The notes under the pieces: model-generated | Seen by the model: the letters and a program-made list of their open reading frames with translations, nothing else | What the model was told of the DNA's origin: nothing | The model's database searches: none | Position numbers and translations under genes: made by a program | Part shown: positions 10,583 to 19,908 of the stretch, one piece after another | How positions within the stretch are numbered: position 1 is the stretch's first letter | Layout: each line of letters opens with the position of its first letter | DNA from: a virus | Lineage: Duplodnaviria > Caudoviricetes | Virus record (IMG/VR): IMGVR_UViG_3300031539_000125 | Coordinates: 1 to 39,215 of that record | DNA: 39,215 nt | Strand: one strand, 5' to 3'

Positions 10583-11854
10583 ATGATTTCTATCCTGACA
10601 CCCGTGCATAAAGCATCAGAGCAATATCTTAGTGAGGCTTATGAATCTTTGACGACGCAAACCCTTCCAGATTGGGAATGGATAATAATAACTAATGGAG
10701 GTGGTACAGTCTCTGAAGATTTAATAAGAGATAAGAAGATCAAAATCTTTCCAGTTGAGGATGATGATCCTAAAGGAGAATATAACTGCATTGGCCGTCT
10801 TAAAAAATATGCTGCTTCTCAGGCTCAGGGAGAAATCCTGGTGGAGCTGGATGCCGACGATATCCTGATGCCGGATAGCCTGGAGGAGATCCGCAGGGCC
10901 TTTGAAGACCCGGCCGTGGCCATGGTGTATTCCAACAGCGCGGAGTTCAAGCAGGAGACCTGGGAGAGTTCAGCTTATTCCAACTATTGGGGCTGGCAGT
11001 CCCGGCCGTTCTTCTATAACGGTCACAAATTGCAGGAGATGCTCGCCTGGCCTCCGGGGCCCCACATGATGCGGTTTATCTTCTGGGCCCCGAACCATGT
11101 GAGGGCCTGGCGCAAGGGCGCCTATGACGCGATCGGCGGCCATAACGAGAAGCTGAAGACCGGGGACGATCATGAACTCTGCTGCCGCTTTTATGCGGAA
11201 TACGGGGCGCGAGGCATGAGGCATATTGATAAGTGCCTGTACCTCTACCGGGTCCACGACGGGAATTCCTGCCGGGTCTATAATAACGACGTGCAGGTAC
11301 AGACCCTGCAAAACTATCTCAAATTCAGCCGGTCCATGGCCGTCCGCTGGGCAAGGGATGAAGGGCTGCGGCTCATTGACCTTGGCGGCCAGTTTAATCC
11401 GTGGGCCGGGTTCGAGACCGTTGATCTCGTAAATGCGGAGATCTCCGCGGATCTCAACAAAAAATGGCCTTTTAAAAACAGCAGCGTGGGGGTGATCAAG
11501 GCCTCCCATGTGTTCGAGCACCTGAAGGATCCGGTCCATACCATGAACGAGGCCTATCGCGTGCTGGCACCGGGCGGGTGGCTCTTTATCGAGGTGCCTT
11601 CCACGGATGGCCGCGGGGCCTTCCAGGATCCGGGCCATGTCTCGTTCTGGAACCAGAACTCGATCTGGTACTACACAAATCGAAATTATTCCCGTTTTAT
11701 CCCGGGCTATAAGGGACGGTTTCAGAACAGCCGCACGGTCACGTATTTCCCGACCGAGTTTGAGAAGAATAACAACATCCCTGTCGTACAGGCGGACCTG
11801 ATCGCCTTGAAACCGCCATACGATGAACGCCCTGTTGGAGAGGTATTGATTTAA
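10583..11854 (+). CDS. GT2 glycosyltransferase fused to a class I SAM methyltransferase (Methyltransf_11-like)
   Basis: ISILTPVH, ELDADD (DxD), GDDHEL, LYLYRVH; C-terminal IDLGG, SHVFEHL, RVLAPGGWLFIEVP, AFQDPGH. Confidence 0.88.
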   Translation: MISILTPVHKASEQYLSEAYESLTTQTLPDWEWIIITNGGGTVSEDLIRDKKIKIFPVEDDDPKGEYNCIGRLKKYAASQAQGEILVELDADDILMPDSLEEIRRAFEDPAVAMVYSNSAEFKQETWESSAYSNYWGWQSRPFFYNGHKLQEMLAWPPGPHMMRFIFWAPNHVRAWRKGAYDAIGGHNEKLKTGDDHELCCRFYAEYGARGMRHIDKCLYLYRVHDGNSCRVYNNDVQVQTLQNYLKFSRSMAVRWARDEGLRLIDLGGQFNPWAGFETVDLVNAEISADLNKKWPFKNSSVGVIKASHVFEHLKDPVHTMNEAYRVLAPGGWLFIEVPSTDGRGAFQDPGHVSFWNQNSIWYYTNRNYSRFIPGYKGRFQNSRTVTYFPTEFEKNNNIPVVQADLIALKPPYDERPVGEVLI

Positions 11855-11866
11855 TATGAACAATTA

Positions 11867-11964
11867 GGGTTCTTCGGACGGTAGGCCAACCAGAAGAAGA
11901 CGCAAGAAAGAATTAAGGGCGGCAGTGAGGTGCCTCGCCATCTCATTGTTGCCCTTTTTCTTTG
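11867..11964 (+). ncRNA. Two-hairpin structured RNA with predicted kissing loop and U-rich tail (cis-regulator/terminator)
   Basis: Hairpin 1 TTCTTC..GGT-AGGCCA-ACC..GAAGAA (11870-11898); hairpin 2 is an 18-bp stem at 11915-11956 with four G-U pairs; AGGC in loop 1 is complementary to GCCT at the top of hairpin 2. Confidence 0.6.
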
Positions 11965-12022
11965 CCCTGAAAGAACACAACAGAATGCCACAGAGACTCA
12001 GGAGTCATGAGGTCTTGATTTA

Positions 12023-15000
12023 ATGGCCATATTGAAGATCAGAAATGCAGCGAACGACGCCTGGTATGAGCTGAGCGGCGCCCAGGGTGATATCGGCCCA
12101 CAGGGGCCGCAGGGCTTTCAGGGCGTTGTCGGTGCACAGGGCGATCAGGGGGTGGTCGGCAATCAGGGCGCCCAGGGCGTGACAGGAGCGCAGGGATCGA
12201 CAGGCGCCCAAGGGTCGACAGGCGCACAGGGCGACCAGGGTGTTGCCGGCGCAACAGGTGCACAGGGCGCCCAGGGGATCGCAGGAGCACAAGGATCGCA
12301 GGGACCGCAGGGTGTTGTAGGAGCGCAGGGCGATGAGGGCGCAACCGGCGCAACAGGTGCACAGGGCGCCCAGGGGATCGCAGGAGCACAAGGATCGCAG
12401 GGACCGCAGGGTGTTGTAGGAGCGCAGGGCGATGAGGGCGCAACCGGCGCAACAGGCCCGCAGGGTACGCAGGGGGCGACAGGTACCCAGGGCTCGCAGG
12501 GGCCGCAAGGAAGTGTAGGTGCTCAGGGCGATGAAGGTGCAACAGGAGCAACAGGAGCTCAAGGTAACCAAGGCATTCCTGGAGCTCAGGGTAGTGTAGG
12601 TGCACAAGGTTCAGTAGGTGCACAAGGCGATGAGGGAGCTACAGGTGCAACTGGATCTCAGGGTGCACAAGGAATTACAGGTGCGCAAGGTTCACAGGGT
12701 CCGCAAGGCGTCGTAGGGGCTCAAGGCGATGAGGGTGCAACTGGAGCGACAGGATCTCAAGGTGATCAGGGAGCAACAGGTGCTCAAGGATCTATCGGTG
12801 CACAAGGATCAGTTGGTGCTCAAGGATTCCAAGGTGTAACAGGTGCAACAGGTGCTCAGGGTAATCAAGGAGTAACTGGTGCACAAGGAAGTATTGGTGC
12901 ACAGGGAAGCCAAGGACACCAAGGATTCCAAGGATCTACAGGAGCTACTGGATCACAAGGTACACAAGGTGTAGCTGGTGCACAAGGTTCAACTGGAGCT
13001 CAAGGTTCGGTAGGCGCTCAAGGATTTCAGGGAGATACTGGACCTGCGGGAGCAGAAGGTATTGTATGGCAAGGTACATGGAACAGTGAAACAACTTATG
13101 TAATTGATGACGCCGTAGCCGAGGGCGGGACATCTTATATATGTATTTTAGGACATACTAATCACCAACCTCCGAATGCAACATACTGGCATATTTTATC
13201 TTTAGAAGGTGCACAAGGATCAACTGGCCCACAAGGTTCAGTCGGAGCACAAGGAAATCAAGGTGCAACCGGCGCCCAAGGTGCTACAGGATCTCAAGGT
13301 TCTCAAGGTGCAACTGGAGCAGTTGGTGCTCAGGGATTACCTGGGGATCAAGGATTTCAAGGTGCTACAGGTGTTCAAGGAGCTCCAGGCGCTCAAGGAT
13401 CACAGGGTGAAACAGGAACAACAGGTGCTCAAGGATCTGTCGGAGCTCAAGGCTTTCAAGGAGCTACTGGAGTTCAAGGTGCACCAGGTGCACAAGGAAG
13501 CCAAGGTGCGACTGGTGCCACAGGCGCTCAGGGATCAGTAGGCACTCAAGGTGATCAAGGTGATACGGGATCACAAGGTGCAACTGGATCTCAAGGAAGT
13601 CAGGGGGCTACGGGTGCAACAGGGGCACAAGGCTCGGTGGGGCCACAAGGATTTCAGGGTTTAACAGGTACACAAGGAGCTACGGGATCACAGGGCGCTC
13701 AGGGAGCAACAGGTTCTACGGGTGCACAGGGATCTGTAGGTGCACAAGGTGATCAGGGCGACGAAGGAGCTCAAGGTGCTACAGGAACTCAAGGAAGTCA
13801 AGGAGCCACTGGCGCGACAGGAGCTCAAGGATCGACAGGTGCTCAGGGATTTCAAGGAGTTACGGGTGCACAAGGAATAACTGGTGCACAGGGATCGCAA
13901 GGTGCAACTGGCGCAACGGGCGCTCAGGGTTCCACAGGACCTCAAGGATTTCAAGGTTTAACAGGAGATCAGGGAGCCACTGGTTCACAGGGTAGTCAAG
14001 GTGCAACAGGGGATATAGGTGCTCAAGGTCCAACTGGAGCACAGGGTAATCAGGGTGCTACAGGATCACAGGGAGCTACAGGTGCGCAAGGCAGTCAAGG
14101 AAATGTAGGAGCACAAGGATCTACAGGAACACAGGGTGCACAAGGGGCTACAGGATCAGAAGGTGCGCAGGGAGCTCAAGGTGCACAAGGAGCTCAAGGA
14201 CTCCTTGGTGATACACTTGCACATTCAGTTACGATTAGTGATACTGGCAGTATACATTCCATGGGAAAGGATACTTATGATAGCATTGTACCTGGATTCA
14301 TCCTTGGGTATGATGTAGATGCTTACAAATTAAAAGTTGGTAGTCCAACATCAAATTTAGATTGGGATGGAAACGAGCTTACAATACTCGGTGCTGTAAC
14401 AGCAGATTCTTTTGAATCAACCCTTTATGGTGACCTCACCCAAGCAATGTCGTATGTAAAAACTGTCCTTGGTGCTGGAGATGAATATAATCATGATTTA
14501 ACTGATACAGATTTATCAGATGGAACAGAAAGTAATATAAATGCTGATACTCATCTTGATTATGGAGTTTCGATTAGATTAGCCACGCAAAAAGAATGGG
14601 ATGATGTAGGAGCTGTTTGGGATACAGGTACATGGGATGTACCAATCGATTCTTCGGGAGATTGGACATCAGCATCAATAGATTTAGGAGCTCTCCAAAC
14701 CTTACAACTTGGAATGCGTTTTATTTTAGAAGAAGAAGTCCCAGCATCTACTGATGTTATCATTTTTCTACAATATTCTATAGATGGTGTCGACTGGGGA
14801 GCAAACAGTCCAGACTTTGATGATACTAACTGGGAAACCTTAGTTCAAACATTACTAACAGGAAAAGTATATAAAGCTACTGGAGCTGTTTATACTTTCA
14901 GATACTTTAAGTTAAAAATAGAGCTTGCAACAACAGTTACTACAGATGAAATAGTTTTGCATATGATGACATACTTGGGAAATGTTGTAAATCTTTTCCA

Positions 15001-15214
15001 AGAATTCACAGCTCAAACTATAGCAGCGGGTGGAACAGTTTTCTCATTAGGTGATTTTAATTCAGCTCCTGCTATAACAGTAACTCCAGTAGGATCAACA
15101 GTTCTAGTTCCTTTGATTACTACGCAGTCAGAATTAAGTGTAACTATAAAACTGTATAATTTAGCAGGAAATGATGTAGGCGGTATTGCTAATATAAATA
15201 TTATAGGTGTGTAG
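12023..15214 (+). CDS. Collagen-like (Gly-X-Y) tail fibre with an internal CBM5/12-like module and C-terminal beta-rich domains
   Basis: Two long Gly-X-Y tracts ([15 protein letters not shown]) separated by [17 protein letters not shown]...GTSYIC...PPNATYW. Confidence 0.88.
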   Translation: MAILKIRNAANDAWYELSGAQGDIGPQGPQGFQGVVGAQGDQGVVGNQGAQGVTGAQGSTGAQGSTGAQGDQGVAGATGAQGAQGIAGAQGSQGPQGVVGAQGDEGATGATGAQGAQGIAGAQGSQGPQGVVGAQGDEGATGATGPQGTQGATGTQGSQGPQGSVGAQGDEGATGATGAQGNQGIPGAQGSVGAQGSVGAQGDEGATGATGSQGAQGITGAQGSQGPQGVVGAQGDEGATGATGSQGDQGATGAQGSIGAQGSVGAQGFQGVTGATGAQGNQGVTGAQGSIGAQGSQGHQGFQGSTGATGSQGTQGVAGAQGSTGAQGSVGAQGFQGDTGPAGAEGIVWQGTWNSETTYVIDDAVAEGGTSYICILGHTNHQPPNATYWHILSLEGAQGSTGPQGSVGAQGNQGATGAQGATGSQGSQGATGAVGAQGLPGDQGFQGATGVQGAPGAQGSQGETGTTGAQGSVGAQGFQGATGVQGAPGAQGSQGATGATGAQGSVGTQGDQGDTGSQGATGSQGSQGATGATGAQGSVGPQGFQGLTGTQGATGSQGAQGATGSTGAQGSVGAQGDQGDEGAQGATGTQGSQGATGATGAQGSTGAQGFQGVTGAQGITGAQGSQGATGATGAQGSTGPQGFQGLTGDQGATGSQGSQGATGDIGAQGPTGAQGNQGATGSQGATGAQGSQGNVGAQGSTGTQGAQGATGSEGAQGAQGAQGAQGLLGDTLAHSVTISDTGSIHSMGKDTYDSIVPGFILGYDVDAYKLKVGSPTSNLDWDGNELTILGAVTADSFESTLYGDLTQAMSYVKTVLGAGDEYNHDLTDTDLSDGTESNINADTHLDYGVSIRLATQKEWDDVGAVWDTGTWDVPIDSSGDWTSASIDLGALQTLQLGMRFILEEEVPASTDVIIFLQYSIDGVDWGANSPDFDDTNWETLVQTLLTGKVYKATGAVYTFRYFKLKIELATTVTTDEIVLHMMTYLGNVVNLFQEFTAQTIAAGGTVFSLGDFNSAPAITVTPVGSTVLVPLITTQSELSVTIKLYNLAGNDVGGIANINIIGV
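12246..12456 (+). repeat. Exact 99-bp tandem duplication inside the collagen gene
   Basis: GCAACAGGTGCACAGGGCGCC... starts at 12251 and again at 12350 and continues identically. Confidence 0.85.
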
Positions 15215-15229
15215 GAAAGGAGTAATGAA

Positions 15230-16048
15230 ATGGCATATGATGCAACCAAACCAGTAACAGGTGGCTCTCTTGTTGCTGCGGATATAAGAGAAAATTTTAG
15301 GGCATTAAAAGAAGATGAGATAGTGATTGCTGCGGAAATTAGTGATGCTAGTATATCTCAAGCTAAACTAAAGACATCTTCAGGAAGTGTTAGTGTTGTT
15401 TGTGGGATGGGGGCTGATGGATTGACAGGTAATCTTCCTGGTGGTGAATATGGTTTTGTGGTGCAAACAAAAGCAGACTCAATATACATAAATTTTATAG
15501 GATTAGAAGATCTAGATTTAACAGCAAGTTACGCAACCCCAGGTGTTCTTTTTCACAACATTGATGGAAAAGCCACTCATACAGGATATGCTCAGCAACG
15601 TTATGTTACAGCGTCTGGTGAGGTATATTGGATTTTTATTTTGAGAGATAATTTAACAAAGGATATTTATAAAATGTGGCAATCTAATGATCATCCTTGC
15701 TTTTTTTGTGGAGGAAAACCATTGCTTATGCCTCATCCATTTTCAGGATATGATCCAATCACTGAAGAAATTATTGTAATTAACCCTTCAGAAAATGAAG
15801 TCCTTGAAATAAGAGAAAAATGTATCATGGGAGAAGATGAACCGGATAAAGATTTTCTGGAAGTATTTGAAAAAGAATATGAGATAGATGAAAGTTCTAA
15901 TCCATCATGGCCTACAAAAGGAATTACGGTAAAGTTGCCCTCTGATAAAGATTGGAGAATTATGCCACCTGGGACACTAATAAAACCTATTAAGAAAGTA
16001 ATCACTAAGCCTGATTATATTATAGTCAAGAATCTTAAAAAGAAATAA
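15230..16048 (+). CDS. Putative minor virion/fibre-associated protein
   Basis: N-terminal AYDATKP...AADIRENFRAL and ISQAKLKT motifs are common in fibre proteins; SD AAGGAG. Confidence 0.55.
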   Translation: MAYDATKPVTGGSLVAADIRENFRALKEDEIVIAAEISDASISQAKLKTSSGSVSVVCGMGADGLTGNLPGGEYGFVVQTKADSIYINFIGLEDLDLTASYATPGVLFHNIDGKATHTGYAQQRYVTASGEVYWIFILRDNLTKDIYKMWQSNDHPCFFCGGKPLLMPHPFSGYDPITEEIIVINPSENEVLEIREKCIMGEDEPDKDFLEVFEKEYEIDESSNPSWPTKGITVKLPSDKDWRIMPPGTLIKPIKKVITKPDYIIVKNLKKK

Positions 16049-16064
16049 ATGTAGGAGGACAATA

Positions 16065-16511
16065 ATGGCTAAAAAAGCAACGATGAATGATTTGGTTGAT
16101 ATAAAAAATTGTTATATGCAAAGCGGTTATGAATTCAGGCCTTCTTATCGTAATGAATTAGAAGACTATTTAACACGTCATATACGGGATGGTCATTGTT
16201 ATTGGGACTATGGAGCCGCAGTTATTGCTTGGGTAATCACTAAACGTGGAGAAAACACATTTGATCCTAGTGCGAATGTTGGCGATTTGATGATAGTATC
16301 AATTGTTAATGGAACTGATGATCAGATGAATTTAGATAGACTATTAAATGAAATATATGATGAGCATCCAGGAGCCACTTGTTATGGTAGAACAAAAAAA
16401 ACTAATATAAAGATGATTACTAGATTCAACCGACGTTTTAAATCAATACAAACAAAAGAGATGGGTGACTATATTTTATATTGGTGGAAGATCGAAGATG
16501 TTATTAAATAA
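16065..16511 (+). CDS. AT-rich accessory gene, possibly GNAT-fold
   Basis: SD AGGAGG; GDLMIVSIVN...N.KMI..FN..F pattern loosely GNAT-like; markedly AT-rich. Confidence 0.4.
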   Translation: MAKKATMNDLVDIKNCYMQSGYEFRPSYRNELEDYLTRHIRDGHCYWDYGAAVIAWVITKRGENTFDPSANVGDLMIVSIVNGTDDQMNLDRLLNEIYDEHPGATCYGRTKKTNIKMITRFNRRFKSIQTKEMGDYILYWWKIEDVIK

Positions 16512-16585
16512 ATGCATGCATGAAATGAAATCAATACTACTAAAAATAGATTAGTGGAAAGTGCGGTTTTTTTAGTATTATATAA

Positions 16586-16702
16586 TTAACGTTTCTCTTC
16601 AACATTGCAGAAGAAAAAGAGAAAAAGTTGATCAAAGATAAAGAAGCTGAGATCCTTGAAAGATTGGCGCGAGAGGAACTTATTGCAGAAGGAAAGTTAT
16701 AA
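16586..16702 (+). pseudogene. Start-less C-terminal gene remnant (EEKEKKLIKDKEAEILERLAREELIAEGKL*)
   Basis: Protein-like coiled-coil frame bounded by a TAA at 16583, with no ATG/GTG or SD at its 5' end. Confidence 0.35.
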
Positions 16703-16799
16703 ATAACAAAAAATAATTTATCAAAATAAATGCTGTGGCCGTGGACAAACCACCTAAAAAGGGCAAGGGATAAAAACTTAGAGAAGAAAGGAGTACCGG

Positions 16800-17261
16800 A
16801 TGAAGAAGCCCGATAATGAGCAATCAATCATTGTGACGAACAGGTACATCGACGAATTGACCGCCAGAAAAGGACCGAAGGAAGCGATAGAGCATAATAA
16901 GACTTTGCCGGTAAAAGCACGCTACTGGCTCGCCAGGGCATTCGACAAGCTAGAGCAGGAGGCCAGGATCTATTTCAAGAGTAGACAACAACTCGTTAAT
17001 CAGTATGCCAGCTACTATGATGCGGACCTCAAAGGCGAAGACGGAAAGGTGCTTCACAAAAAAGGAGACATCATCTCGTATCCTGATGGGTCGGTGCAAT
17101 TGCAGAACCTAGCGGCGTTTCAGAAAGACCTTTTGGTACTACAGGAGATCGAGATCCGGCTTGATATCAATAAGGTAGCGCTCCGATTGGAAGATGTGGA
17201 GGACCTGGACATCGAGCAAATGCAACTCTTGTTGCCGCTTGTGGATATAACGGTGAACTAA
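16800..17261 (+). CDS. Conserved phage protein (DUF1617-like)
   Basis: LPVKARYWLARAFDKLEQE...RQQLVNQYA pattern; SD AAGGAG; lies between the tail and lysis genes. Confidence 0.55.
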   Translation: MKKPDNEQSIIVTNRYIDELTARKGPKEAIEHNKTLPVKARYWLARAFDKLEQEARIYFKSRQQLVNQYASYYDADLKGEDGKVLHKKGDIISYPDGSVQLQNLAAFQKDLLVLQEIEIRLDINKVALRLEDVEDLDIEQMQLLLPLVDITVN

Positions 17262-17262
17262 C

Positions 17263-17502
17263 ATGCCAAACGGAAAACTGACGTGGACGGAATGGCAAAA
17301 CCTGACTGACGATCAAAAGGATTTCAAGTTATATGAAGCCCATGCAATATCTGTGAATGCTTTTTCTAACCATGATATTCGGCTTGTTAAGTTAGAATCA
17401 CGGAAACGATTTGATACGACTATTGCCGGATCAATGGGTTTCATTGGGGGATTCGCCGGAGGTTTTGCGGCAATGCTGGGAAGGTGGTTTATAGGAAAAT
17501 GA
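17263..17502 (+). CDS. Holin/XhlA-like membrane protein
   Basis: Coiled coil (HDIRLVKLE) plus a C-terminal Gly-rich TM helix; upstream of the endolysin. Confidence 0.5.
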   Translation: MPNGKLTWTEWQNLTDDQKDFKLYEAHAISVNAFSNHDIRLVKLESRKRFDTTIAGSMGFIGGFAGGFAAMLGRWFIGK

Positions 17503-17636
17503 CTGACACATCAAACCACGATTTCCGCAATGGTCTCTTGATTATCCGGGGTCTTATTAAGCAGGTCGAGAAGAAACTAAAAGAGATGGAAAAGGCTTAC
17601 AATGACAAACTCAAAGAGAATGATAGTCAGGATTGA
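17499..17636 (+). CDS. Small coiled-coil protein (45 aa, not in ORF track)
   Basis: ATGA overlap with the upstream stop; MTDTSNHDFRNGLLIIRGLIKQVEKKLKEMEK... Confidence 0.4.
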   Translation: MTDTSNHDFRNGLLIIRGLIKQVEKKLKEMEKAYNDKLKENDSQD

Positions 17637-17997
17637 TGATGCCGGGTCAGGAGAGTTCGGGGCCAAGCGTGAAGGCAGGTTGCACCTTGGGGTTGATCTC
17701 AGATACGAACCCACCGAACCAGTCAGGGCTTTCTTTGATGCCCATGTCACCCGTATGGTGTACCCCTACACTGACACGCTTACTTGGCAGGGGCTAGAGT
17801 TGGTAAGCAAAGACCGGAAATGGATTATGCACATATTGTATGTTCATCCCCTTGTCGAAGTCTTACGATATGATGTTGTGGAAGGTCAAATAATAGGACA
17901 CGCCCAAGATATTAGACAGCGTTATCCTCACTTGCCCAAGATGACCAACCACATCCATATAAATTTATATGCAAATTTAACCGAGTTTTTTAGGTGA
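17602..17997 (+). CDS. M23 metallopeptidase (probable endolysin), LECT2-like
   Basis: HxxxD (HLGVD) and HxH (NHIHI) zinc motifs; V.EGQIIG motif. Confidence 0.8.
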   Translation: MTNSKRMIVRIDDAGSGEFGAKREGRLHLGVDLRYEPTEPVRAFFDAHVTRMVYPYTDTLTWQGLELVSKDRKWIMHILYVHPLVEVLRYDVVEGQIIGHAQDIRQRYPHLPKMTNHIHINLYANLTEFFR

Positions 17998-18001
17998 AAC
18001 C

Positions 18002-18655
18002 ATGAAAAAACTATTACTGGCGATTGTCGCCACAGCCTTGATGGGATGTGTGACCACGGAACCAATTACCCCCACAATAACCGCTGAACCTGAACCTGCA
18101 ATTAAACAACTTGAAAGCGTTACGACAAAGATCACAGGGGACGATATCTTTGAATTGCGTGACTGGCTGGAGAATAAGCCGTCAGACTCTTGGGATGAAG
18201 TCCTGCAAGAAGGTCAGGGCTACCGCATCATTGAACGCAAGGTAGTGCGGGAACAGAATTTGACCGGACACGATAATTTCCGATGGCGCTGGGATGAACG
18301 ATATATCTCAATCGTAATGCTGGAAACGGAAGAGAAACTTCGCATTGCACCGGAGATATATTTCACAATTAAACAATATCAGGAGTTAGTTTCGGTTAAT
18401 AGTAGGCAATTTGTATTGTGGAATTTAGTAGAAGCCGACACGGATGGTACGGTCGATGTATGGGAAAGAGGTTATTATTTGAACTTTAATTGCTTCGAGG
18501 ATGATCCTCTATACACTTTTGTGATGCCATATTGGCCCGAAGGTTTTACTAATCCTGATTGGGGAACACCGCCACGACAGGAAGCCCAGGACTTAATTGA
18601 CGAGTTGGTTACTTGGTGGTTGGAGCAATCGAAGATAATTAAGCAGGGGGTGTGA
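18002..18655 (+). CDS. Lipoprotein
   Basis: MKKLLLAIVATALMG-C lipobox. Confidence 0.7.
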   Translation: MKKLLLAIVATALMGCVTTEPITPTITAEPEPAIKQLESVTTKITGDDIFELRDWLENKPSDSWDEVLQEGQGYRIIERKVVREQNLTGHDNFRWRWDERYISIVMLETEEKLRIAPEIYFTIKQYQELVSVNSRQFVLWNLVEADTDGTVDVWERGYYLNFNCFEDDPLYTFVMPYWPEGFTNPDWGTPPRQEAQDLIDELVTWWLEQSKIIKQGV

Positions 18656-18656
18656 T

Positions 18657-18833
18657 ATGGACCTAGGGGGATATTATCCTGCCAATCCAGGTAGTCTTCG
18701 TCTTATGAAACTTAGACGGGTATGGCTTGCCAGAAGATTAGAATATTTAGATCAACTAATTGGAAAAAAAGAATTGAAAGAGCAGGAAGAATCAGTAAAA
18801 AGGGGAAATATAATGATTAACAAGGGGGTGTGA
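18657..18833 (+). CDS. Small basic protein (58 aa, not in ORF track), paralog of the next ORF
   Basis: MDLGGYYPANPGSLRLMKLRRVWLARRLEYLDQLI...NKGV*; GGGGGTG SD-like. Confidence 0.55.
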   Translation: MDLGGYYPANPGSLRLMKLRRVWLARRLEYLDQLIGKKELKEQEESVKRGNIMINKGV

Positions 18834-18834
18834 T

Positions 18835-19014
18835 ATGGCCCTGAAACAATACTACCCGACAGATGAGGACAAGCTCCATGCCCTAAAGACCAGAAGGAGA
18901 AGGTTGGGGGTGCTATGGATAGCAACAAATAATGAGATTAAGGAACTGGAAGCTAAGCAGATGCCGGAATTAAACAAGAAGTCTTGGTGGTCAAGGATAA
19001 CTAGGAGATGGTGA
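18835..19014 (+). CDS. Small basic protein (59 aa, not in ORF track)
   Basis: MALKQYYPTDEDKLHALKTRRRRLG...KKSWWSRITRRW*; its upstream 16-mer is identical to that of the previous ORF. Confidence 0.55.
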   Translation: MALKQYYPTDEDKLHALKTRRRRLGVLWIATNNEIKELEAKQMPELNKKSWWSRITRRW

Positions 19015-19218
19015 CATTATGACAGCATGGGGATGGATACAACTGACAGGCATCAGCCTTTACCTTATAGGGTTAGGGATTGTCCATAAGATTAAAAAGG
19101 TGTTCAAGCGTGAAGAGAAAGATTGACGGCGTAATGGTCACAATCCGAATCGAGACAGTCGTTGCGATTTGGAAATGGATAATACGTAAACTTAAACCAA
19201 GAAAAGGAGAGTAGAAAA

Positions 19219-19419
19219 ATGAGAGCAAAAATTATTGCAAAATTGTTTGAGATTTTATTGGGGCTTTTTCCAGCAGAACTTCTCAAGGGATTCGTGGATC
19301 AATTGATTGACTTGATTGAGAATGCAGTAGCCAAGAGTGAAAATAAGCTGGACGATCAGATCGTATTGCCTTTGTGCGTTATGATTCGGTCTGCTTTTGA
19401 CATTCCTGACAATGACTAA
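19219..19419 (+). CDS. Small conserved phage protein of the lysis region
   Basis: SD AAGGAG; amphipathic; SENKLDD.IV motif. Confidence 0.6.
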   Translation: MRAKIIAKLFEILLGLFPAELLKGFVDQLIDLIENAVAKSENKLDDQIVLPLCVMIRSAFDIPDND

Positions 19420-19431
19420 CGGGGTGACAAA

Positions 19432-19818
19432 ATGAAAAAACTATTACTTGCTCTGGCGTTGTGTGGGCTTTTGGTCTTGCCCACTTGGGCAATGGCAGGG
19501 GAAAAGACGCTGACGTTTCAATGGAATCAAACACTCTCGGATGACTTTGCCGGGTGGCGGCTCTATAAATCTGAGGTGGCGGGGGGACCATATGCTAAAC
19601 ATGGTAATGACATTCTTTTTGTCTCTGAACAACCAGTTTATGAGTCGGCCCAGGCCCTCACTTCTCCTGATGCTGAGACCCATATCTATTATTTCGTTCT
19701 TACTGCATTTGATACATCTGGTAATGAGAGTGGGTTTTCCAATGAGGTCAATGCTAGGATTGATTTTGAGTCACCAGGATCTCCATTTACTCTTAAAGTA
19801 ACAGTAACGACACCCTAG
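19432..19818 (+). CDS. Secreted fibronectin type III / Ig-like protein
   Basis: Signal peptide (..WAMA); LTFQW...AGWRLY...YYFVLTAFDTSGNESGFSNEV is an FN3 signature. Confidence 0.8.
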   Translation: MKKLLLALALCGLLVLPTWAMAGEKTLTFQWNQTLSDDFAGWRLYKSEVAGGPYAKHGNDILFVSEQPVYESAQALTSPDAETHIYYFVLTAFDTSGNESGFSNEVNARIDFESPGSPFTLKVTVTTP

Positions 19819-19877
19819 CTTATCCGCCATGTGCGGAAAAAGTTACGAGGCCGTTATGCTATGGCGACTTCAGCTTA

Positions 19878-19908
19878 GCAAAAGGGGCCATCCTGCGGCC
19901 CCCTTTGC
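19878..19908. terminator. Probable bidirectional intrinsic terminator between the convergent arms
   Basis: GCAAAAGGGGCC-7nt-GGCCCCCTTTGC; fully paired with one G-U on the minus strand. Confidence 0.65.

Noticed and set aside
10970-11863. 297-aa minus-strand ORF
   Set aside because: Antisense to the GC-rich part of the GT-MTase gene; no start signals or motifs.
11925-11950. HDV-like (theta) ribozyme suggested by the CCTCGC loop
   Set aside because: No P1/P2 nested pseudoknot or P1.1 GG could be assembled; it is a simple long hairpin.
12020-14318. Several alternative-frame ORFs and CRISPR-like periodicity
   Set aside because: By-products of Gly-X-Y codon repeats; I saw no repeat-spacer structure or cas genes in the window.
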